DNA of 64,000 nucleotides from Candidatus Magasanikbacteria bacterium RIFOXYC2_FULL_42_28 (GTDB lineage Bacteria; Patescibacteriota; Patescibacteriia; Magasanikbacterales; GWA2-37-8): NCBI GenBank assembly GCA_001784435.1, contig MFQZ01000001.1, positions 82,340 to 146,339 of the forward strand, read 5' to 3'. Shown piece by piece: positions 58,822 to 64,000 of this stretch (position 1 is its first letter; each line of letters starts with the position of its first letter). The notes under the pieces were generated by a model. It saw only the letters and a program-made list of their open reading frames with translations, ran no database searches and was not told where the DNA came from. The position numbers and the translations under genes were made by a program.

Positions 58822-58908
58822 GAAGATTTTGATAAAATGGATTCATCTTTAAATAGTATACCACATTTTTGCAAATAAAAAAAATCGTCAAGTCAAACCT
58901 GTGGATAA

Positions 58909-58917
58909 CTTTTTTAA
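58909..58917. promoter_or_regulatory. DnaA-box-like 9-mer TGTGGATAA upstream of the promoter of the FN3/PG-binding protein gene (extended -10 TGGTATACT at rc ~58859-58867)
   Basis: Exact 9-mer, context CCTGTGGATAACT. Lies between the upstream terminator and the promoter. Confidence 0.3.
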
Positions 58918-58936
58918 AATAACTTTTTATCACACC

Positions 58937-58978
58937 GCAAAAAAACAAAACCCCCTCTGCTTTTTACAGCAGAGGGGG
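58937..58978 (-). terminator. rho-independent terminator: CCCCCTCTGC-(8)-GCAGAGGGGG then TTTTGTTTTTTT on the minus strand
   Basis: Perfect 10-bp stem ~50 bp downstream of the stop of the giant surface-protein gene. Confidence 0.7.
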
Positions 58979-59025
58979 TGCGAAAGTAACTAAATTACTT
59001 TCCAGCAACTAACAACTAAACTGTT

Positions 59026-62000
59026 TTAGTTATTGGTCTTTGATACCTTGACGCCATCAACATTCTCAAGTGAGAGGAACAATGCGCTAAACGGATTAGA
59101 GCTGTCGCCGTCCTTCCAGTCAATGTTGTTATTGACATCGTCTTCGGTAGAGGTATCACCATCGGTATAAGTACCCTTGATATCATCAAGGTTAAACTGG
59201 AACCAATTGGTGAAGTTCGTGGTCGCGCTAACCCCGTTAACTGTCGCCTTAACCACATAATAAGCGATAGTGCCAGGATCAATCAAGTAATCGTTGGCTA
59301 ACACTCCGGATAAAGCAGTGGTTGAGGCCAAACCAGCGGAAGCACCGGTGCTGTTCAGGTTGGAAATATCCAAACTGCCAGCCGGGTCCGAACCGCCAAT
59401 CTTTTGAATGGTTACACCGCTCAAAGAAGTGCTGGCGAATTTGTCAACATCAAATCTAACACCAGTCAAGTTGAGTTTCAACGGGTTACCATTGTCCGGG
59501 TCGTTGTTAAGACCGACGCTGTCAACCGTGACAGCCAAGATGCCGGCGACATATTCACCGGTACCGGCTAACACCGGATCAACTTTGTAAGTGCAGTTGT
59601 TGCCAGCGGCATCACAGCCATAGCTGCTTAACAACTGAACATTGCTGATCTTAGTGCCGGAAACCACAAATTTCTTGGTGCTCGTGGTCATGTCAAGTTC
59701 GCCGGCCTCATCGTAAGTGTCATCGTTGTCTTCATCAAATACGATATCGCCGGCGGAAACTGTCGCATCATCGGAAATAACGTAAGTGAAGCCAGAGCGA
59801 ACGCCTTCGGCGGCCACAGAACTGGCAGTACTGGTGGTAACCTTGAACGAGAACACATCGTGGGTGCGGGCAGTGCCACCAGCCAAATCATTCATCGGGT
59901 TGGTATTCACATAGATATACCAATATTCCGTGCCTTGTTCTACGACTTCATTAATGTCATCGTAAAACACCACGCTACTCGCATCCATGGTCTGACAAGA
60001 AATCAAGTTAGCGGCTAAAACTACCTGCTCGCGATATAGACAGACAGAAGCGGCGCTTCTCTCTTCACCGGAATCAGTCGCGTTAGTCAATTTCAAATCC
60101 TTAACCTTAATATTCTCGTCATCGGCCTTTAATTTCAATTTACCGGCCCAGAAAGAAGTGCCGGCCAAGACAACGCTGTCTTTGTTGAAACCGGTGTCAG
60201 TGCTTCTCATCTGGAGGTAAAGCTTGCCTTTGTCCACCAAAGTAACTTGGCGTCCGCCGACAGTTAAGAAGTCATTGTCAGCGTCATCTAAATCATCAGT
60301 GCCTGCGGCAGATCCGGAACTGACAGTAGGACTGCTATTATCAGCGGCCTTGGAAGTGATGTAATCAAGCTTCAATTGATTAATCAAACCATTGGTATCA
60401 GTCAAGGTGCTGGCAACAGTACCTTTAACCACAAAAGTCGCTTTGTTAGTCGGACCATTATTCACGGTGAAGTCCAAACTGTCAAAAGACAGCGCGTCAC
60501 CGGAAGCAGATGTACTGGAAGTCATCTGGGAGTTGGTCAATATTTGCTGCGCGGCATAAGAGCCATCAGCATTTACCAAGTAAAAACCAACTTGTGTCCA
60601 ATGACCGGAAGCAAAGGCGACATTGGAGTTGAAATTCACATAAGACACCTTGATGTTAGAGGCCTGGGCTTCCAAAGTGCCTTTATACAAGATAACATCA
60701 GCATCGTTCACGGTAGCTGTGCCGCTATTCAAAGTAGCACCCTCAACTCTTAATGTCGGGGTCTTAACGGTAACGAGCATGCCGGTGAAACTGCCAATGG
60801 AGAAATTGCTGACAGTATCGCCTTCCGGAACTGTTTCCGCGACCACATTGGTTGTATTAACGGTGGCAGAAACCTTATAACTATCGCCGTTGCCGATTCC
60901 GTTCGGCAGATCACCGCGCATAGTAAAGGTGCGGGTTGTGCCGGCGGTCAAATAGATTTCATCGCTGAATGTCCAAGTTTCGTCATCGGCATCAGTATCG
61001 CCACCAGCGGTCATGGTACCAGAATAAGCGCCACCGGCCGCATCAACCAACTCAAAGCTGTCAACATCCAAAGTATCAGCCGCAGTAGCGTTACCTTCGG
61101 TTTCATCCACGGTCAAGATCAAACTGGTAATCTTGATATCAGTGGAACCAGCACCCAAAGAAAGCGTACCAAAGACGACATCAGTAACGTCATCAATGGT
61201 TTCCAAGGTGGTACCGGTATAAGCGACGTTCAGTTCAGCGCCACTAATAGTAATAATGGCACCTTCGGCCGCCGCATTATACTGATCATTATGAATCACC
61301 AAATTAGTGCCATAAGTAGAGCCCATCACCACTAAATCAGTGGTGTTTTCCAAAACAAATTCCAAAGTATTGGCATTACCTTTCACAATATCGCCAACTA
61401 CTTTAAAGACCTCGTTCTGACTCTTTTTAATGGTAACCGGGGTGTTAAGCACAAAAGCAACTTTGTCGCTTGCCATGCTTACCGGACCGGCCAATTTCGT
61501 AGCACCTTGATAAAGATAAAGATTGGCTACGTCAGTATCACTGGCATTGCTGGTAGCCGCTTTGTTCTTTAAGGTGATGCTATTAAACACGCCGTCTTCC
61601 GTGCTGGATACATTTAATTTGAATTCAGCCAAATTAACGGCATTGACACCAATTTTCTTAGTAGCGGCTGTGCCCATATTGGTGATACTTAAAGCACCAA
61701 CCGCCACGTCCACACCGGTCATTTCATTACCGTAAACAGCAGAAACAGCAGTGCCATTTACAGCCAAAATACCAAGTGAGTTATAGGTGCCAGCAGTATC
61801 CAATTTGGCTACTACGGTCAATTCCTTGTTAGTGCCATTGGTTACTTTCAAACCAGTCGGGATGTTATACACCAATGTTTCAGAGTTAGAATCCCAAGAG
61901 GTCATTGAGCTACCCAGTTTGGTCGCGCCGTCATATAAGGTGACAGAAGCGATATCGCCTTTCGCGCCCAAACCCTTGCGGCCGATTTTCACGGAAGAAA

Positions 62001-62925
62001 CCGTGTAATCGCCGTTAGTGGCTTTTAAGATAAATTTACCGAAGACAACATTGTCAATATTAATGACAACATTGCCACCGGCTGGGGTGTTAGCGGAAAT
62101 GCTAACTTCCAAATTGCCGTTTACTACGACCGGCGGAACAACCGGCGCACTTTCCACCGCCACACCATGATCAGTAAACATATCTTCCTGGGCGTTCAAA
62201 GCAGTGCCCATGGAATATGCGGCAGTGCTCGACAAAGCCAACACATTTTTGGTTTGAAATTTGTTCGCGGCGAAACCGGTGTCGGTTACTTCGCGTAATT
62301 TCATACCAGCGTCCACATAGTAGGTCTTACCACCATTGGACACAAGCATACCTTCGGTCGGAGTGGCTTCGGTCAATTCACCGGCAACTTTGTTGGAACC
62401 GGTGTTGTAATAACCCCAGTCCGCATCAGAAACAACTACCAATCTCTTGTATTGATTATAACCATTTTTGCTACTAAGCAAAGTGGCATAATCCGCGCCA
62501 TACAAGGCCTTGGCCGCGCCATCAGAAATTTGTTGTAATTTCTTGCCTGGCAACACGACATAATTAATGGACGGAGCGCTTACTTCGCGTACGATAAATG
62601 TGCCACTGCGAGGCAATACCGCGCCAGCTGGGTCCAAATCTGCCAAGCAGGCATCGGATACAGTAGTAAATGTATAAGCATTGTCAGCGGTCCAAGATTT
62701 GTATACATCACCGTGCGGGAAATAGGTGCGTGAGGTCAAATTGGTGCCTACAACCCAGATACCAGGGCCACCGGCCTTGATCATCTGACCAGCGGCTAAA
62801 GCCGGGCAATCAGCGGCTTGAGCGACAGACGGCACCAAGGCCGCGACGCCCAAAGACCACATGATGGTCGTAACGACAACGCTAACGGTAAAAGCTTTCT
62901 TAGTTAATTTTAATACGTTGTTCAT
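59026..62925 (-). CDS. giant secreted/surface protein (about 1300 aa; candidate S-layer or adhesin-like protein), Thr/Ser/Val/Asn/Gly-rich beta-sandwich-type repeats
   Basis: The ORF is open to 63075. The internal Met at 62925 begins a typical signal peptide MNNVLKLTKKAFTVSVVVTTIMWSLGVAALVPSVAQA|AD, so this is the likely start. No catalytic motif recognised. Composition is typical of surface-layer/adhesin proteins. Confidence 0.5.
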   Translation of the reverse strand: MNNVLKLTKKAFTVSVVVTTIMWSLGVAALVPSVAQAADCPALAAGQMIKAGGPGIWVVGTNLTSRTYFPHGDVYKSWTADNAYTFTTVSDACLADLDPAGAVLPRSGTFIVREVSAPSINYVVLPGKKLQQISDGAAKALYGADYATLLSSKNGYNQYKRLVVVSDADWGYYNTGSNKVAGELTEATPTEGMLVSNGGKTYYVDAGMKLREVTDTGFAANKFQTKNVLALSSTAAYSMGTALNAQEDMFTDHGVAVESAPVVPPVVVNGNLEVSISANTPAGGNVVINIDNVVFGKFILKATNGDYTVSSVKIGRKGLGAKGDIASVTLYDGATKLGSSMTSWDSNSETLVYNIPTGLKVTNGTNKELTVVAKLDTAGTYNSLGILAVNGTAVSAVYGNEMTGVDVAVGALSITNMGTAATKKIGVNAVNLAEFKLNVSSTEDGVFNSITLKNKAATSNASDTDVANLYLYQGATKLAGPVSMASDKVAFVLNTPVTIKKSQNEVFKVVGDIVKGNANTLEFVLENTTDLVVMGSTYGTNLVIHNDQYNAAAEGAIITISGAELNVAYTGTTLETIDDVTDVVFGTLSLGAGSTDIKITSLILTVDETEGNATAADTLDVDSFELVDAAGGAYSGTMTAGGDTDADDETWTFSDEIYLTAGTTRTFTMRGDLPNGIGNGDSYKVSATVNTTNVVAETVPEGDTVSNFSIGSFTGMLVTVKTPTLRVEGATLNSGTATVNDADVILYKGTLEAQASNIKVSYVNFNSNVAFASGHWTQVGFYLVNADGSYAAQQILTNSQMTSSTSASGDALSFDSLDFTVNNGPTNKATFVVKGTVASTLTDTNGLINQLKLDYITSKAADNSSPTVSSGSAAGTDDLDDADNDFLTVGGRQVTLVDKGKLYLQMRSTDTGFNKDSVVLAGTSFWAGKLKLKADDENIKVKDLKLTNATDSGEERSAASVCLYREQVVLAANLISCQTMDASSVVFYDDINEVVEQGTEYWYIYVNTNPMNDLAGGTARTHDVFSFKVTTSTASSVAAEGVRSGFTYVISDDATVSAGDIVFDEDNDDTYDEAGELDMTTSTKKFVVSGTKISNVQLLSSYGCDAAGNNCTYKVDPVLAGTGEYVAGILAVTVDSVGLNNDPDNGNPLKLNLTGVRFDVDKFASTSLSGVTIQKIGGSDPAGSLDISNLNSTGASAGLASTTALSGVLANDYLIDPGTIAYYVVKATVNGVSATTNFTNWFQFNLDDIKGTYTDGDTSTEDDVNNNIDWKDGDSSNPFSALFLSLENVDGVKVSKTNN

Positions 62926-63018
62926 AATATAATTAAGTATTCCATAAATTTTGCGCGCGCTCCGAAAGGAACTCGTCAAAATATTATGGAAGTGAGGCGA
63001 CCACGCGAACCCCCGACA

Positions 63019-63050
63019 GAGATCCCGATTTACATCGGGATGACAGTTGG
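63019..63050. repeat. hairpin element copy D (ATCCCGA-tttaca-TCGGGAT-GACAGTTGG) in the 5' leader / upstream extension of the giant surface-protein gene
   Basis: Read from the sequence. Confidence 0.55.
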
Positions 63051-63213
63051 GTGTCCGGAATGGGCAACCTCGCACAAAGATCCGTGCGAGCTCTTATGAG
63101 CCCTCGACTTTTGCAAAGATCGTGATAAACAATGTTTCTCTCTCCCCGAGTATGACAGTGATAAATTAATATTATCTGATGTCATACTTGGGAAAAAAAT
63201 AACAGATTTATTC

Positions 63214-63247
63214 AATGTCAAATTTCCAATTTCCAATGTCAAATCAA
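63214..63247. repeat. left arm of a ~34-bp inverted repeat (AATGTCAAATTTCCAATTTCCAATGTCAAATCAA) containing ATGTCAAAT iterons
   Basis: Its reverse complement matches 63424-63457 at ~33/34 positions. Confidence 0.8.
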
Positions 63248-63423
63248 ATCTAAATTTCAAATTTCTTAATGTCAAATGCTATTGACTGTTTAATTAACTA
63301 CTAAATATTTTTGAAAAGATCAAGGTTAATTCGTGAGCTTCTTTGTATAATATTCTACATTGTAATATAAACTGTGGCTCTGATACAACCAATACTCTTA
63401 ACCAATTGTCATTTTGATTTTGA

Positions 63424-63457
63424 CATTGATTTAACATTGGAAATTGGAAATTTGACA
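63424..63457. repeat. right arm of the ~34-bp inverted repeat
   Basis: TTGATTTAACATTGGAAATTGGAAATTTGACATT is the reverse complement of the left arm with one mismatch. Confidence 0.8.
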
Positions 63458-63469
63458 TTTCACCTCTTA

Positions 63470-63997
63470 TCACTTCTTATTCACTGTCGTCGTTACTATT
63501 ACTTGTACTTGTACTTTTGGCGTCGCCGTCGCGGTGCTCGTAGAAACAATCACTTGGATTGGTGTCGTGGAAGCAGTCGCCAAAATCGGCGCTACTTCTT
63601 TGACCACACTGGCCACCGGCAAAACCGTTTGCACTTTAGCCATTGCCTCATCATTTATCTTTTCCACGGCGCTGGCCGCCACGGTCGCTTCTTTTATTTT
63701 ATCCACCGCGCCGGAAAATTCGCCTTTGGCCAATAAATCTTGACCCTCGGTAATTTTTTGATCAGTAACCACTTTGGCTTCATCAGATTTTACCACCGCT
63801 TCTTTGGTAGTATCAGCCATTGCCGAAATTTTATCGGATAATTCTTTGGTGCTGGTATTGACGGCCGGCGCTTTGGTCGCTTCTTTAGCTTCTACCTTGG
63901 CCGCGTCCACAACCGCTTGGGTCGCGTCAATCGTTAATTTAGTGGCGTCGGATTCGGTAGCCATAGTCGCGAGCGTCGTGCTGATTTCTTGTTTCAA
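63470..63997 (-). CDS. Ala/Thr/Lys/Val-rich low-complexity protein; N-terminus may extend beyond the window end
   Basis: The reading frame is still open at position 64000, so the true start may lie outside the window. No recognised domain. Ends with a hydrophobic QVIVSTSTATATPKVQVQVIVTTTV segment. Confidence 0.3.
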   Translation of the reverse strand: MKQEISTTLATMATESDATKLTIDATQAVVDAAKVEAKEATKAPAVNTSTKELSDKISAMADTTKEAVVKSDEAKVVTDQKITEGQDLLAKGEFSGAVDKIKEATVAASAVEKINDEAMAKVQTVLPVASVVKEVAPILATASTTPIQVIVSTSTATATPKVQVQVIVTTTVNKK

Positions 63998-64000
63998 CTC

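Noticed and set aside
56563-62925. Higher GC content (~50%) of the surface-protein genes versus ~36-38% in the glycan locus, which could be read as horizontal acquisition
   Set aside because: The proteins are dominated by Thr/Ala/Gly/Val/Pro, whose codons are GC-rich. The compositional shift is adequately explained by amino-acid content. No flanking integrase or tRNA was seen.
63030-63736. ORFs 63030-63275 (-) and 63374-63736 (+) with similar peptides (…DLTLEIGNLT…)
   Set aside because: The similarity is the protein-level shadow of the 34-bp inverted DNA repeat. Both lie in the intergenic/leader region.
1-64000. Search for tRNA, rRNA, CRISPR arrays, transposases or integrases
   Set aside because: No cloverleaf-compatible tRNA-like segments, no rRNA-like conserved blocks, no regularly spaced direct repeats with spacers, and no DDE/tyrosine-recombinase motifs were recognised. 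Every real gene in the window is on the minus strand.

Overview
All supportable genes in this 64-kb window lie on the minus strand, are tightly packed with many overlapping stop/start codons, and the DNA is AT-rich. Domain content (GT-C membrane glycosyltransferases, an O-antigen-ligase-like protein with a TPR tail, a lamin-tail domain, peptidoglycan-binding repeats) suggests a Patescibacteria/CPR-like or other Gram-positive-type bacterium; that is inference.

Layout:
- 1-3.3 kb: a membrane protein, a protein with a SleB-like cell-wall-hydrolase domain, and an AbiEi/AbiEii type IV toxin-antitoxin (abortive infection) pair with a consensus sigma70-like promoter.
- 3.35-46.2 kb: one uninterrupted array of about 45 minus-strand glycan-biosynthesis genes. 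It encodes nucleotide-sugar pathways for UDP-GlcA/UDP-Xyl (Ugd, Uxs), GDP-L-fucose (Gmd, Fcl), a ColD-type GDP-4-keto-6-deoxymannose 3-dehydratase (3,6-dideoxyhexose branch), GDP-D-glycero-alpha-D-manno-heptose (GmhA, a GHMP kinase like HddA, a fused HddC-GmhB), two DegT aminotransferases, a sugar C-methyltransferase, an AsnB-type amidotransferase and a split transketolase. It also encodes more than 12 glycosyltransferases (GT2, GT4, one GT10, two or three GT11 fucosyltransferases, GnT-I-like), several methyltransferases, and a Wzm/Wzt ABC exporter whose Wzt carries a C-terminal carbohydrate-binding domain. A lipid-linked-monosaccharide branch is present as a DPM1-like GT2, a GT2 fused to a polytopic membrane domain, and a GT-C membrane protein.
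- 47-51.5 kb: a small HTH gene behind GGTGTCA direct repeats, fcl-gmd, and a Wzy_C/O-antigen-ligase-like protein with a C-terminal TPR domain.
- 51.6-64 kb: three large secreted proteins with their own promoter/terminator signals. One is a Zn-phospholipase-C-like domain joined by a Pro/Thr/Ser-rich linker to a lamin-tail domain and a beta-helix. One has FN3 repeats and three peptidoglycan-binding domains. One is a roughly 1300-aa Thr/Ser/Val-rich surface protein.

Main hypothesis: an integrated surface-glycan or protein O-glycosylation system (ABC-dependent export, methyl-type chain termination, a ligase/oligosaccharyltransferase-like enzyme with TPR, a polyprenyl-P-sugar branch) encoded directly beside its candidate substrates.

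Other structure not explained by genes:
- A family of short hairpin elements with covarying stems, translated in one shared frame inside three genes.
- A G10 tract splitting a methyltransferase gene.
- A recurring DnaA-box-like 9-mer next to promoters.
- A 34-bp inverted-repeat pair with ATGTCAAAT iterons upstream of the giant surface-protein gene.
- A 15-bp x 4.6 tandem repeat.

No rRNA, tRNA, CRISPR array, transposase or integrase was recognised.
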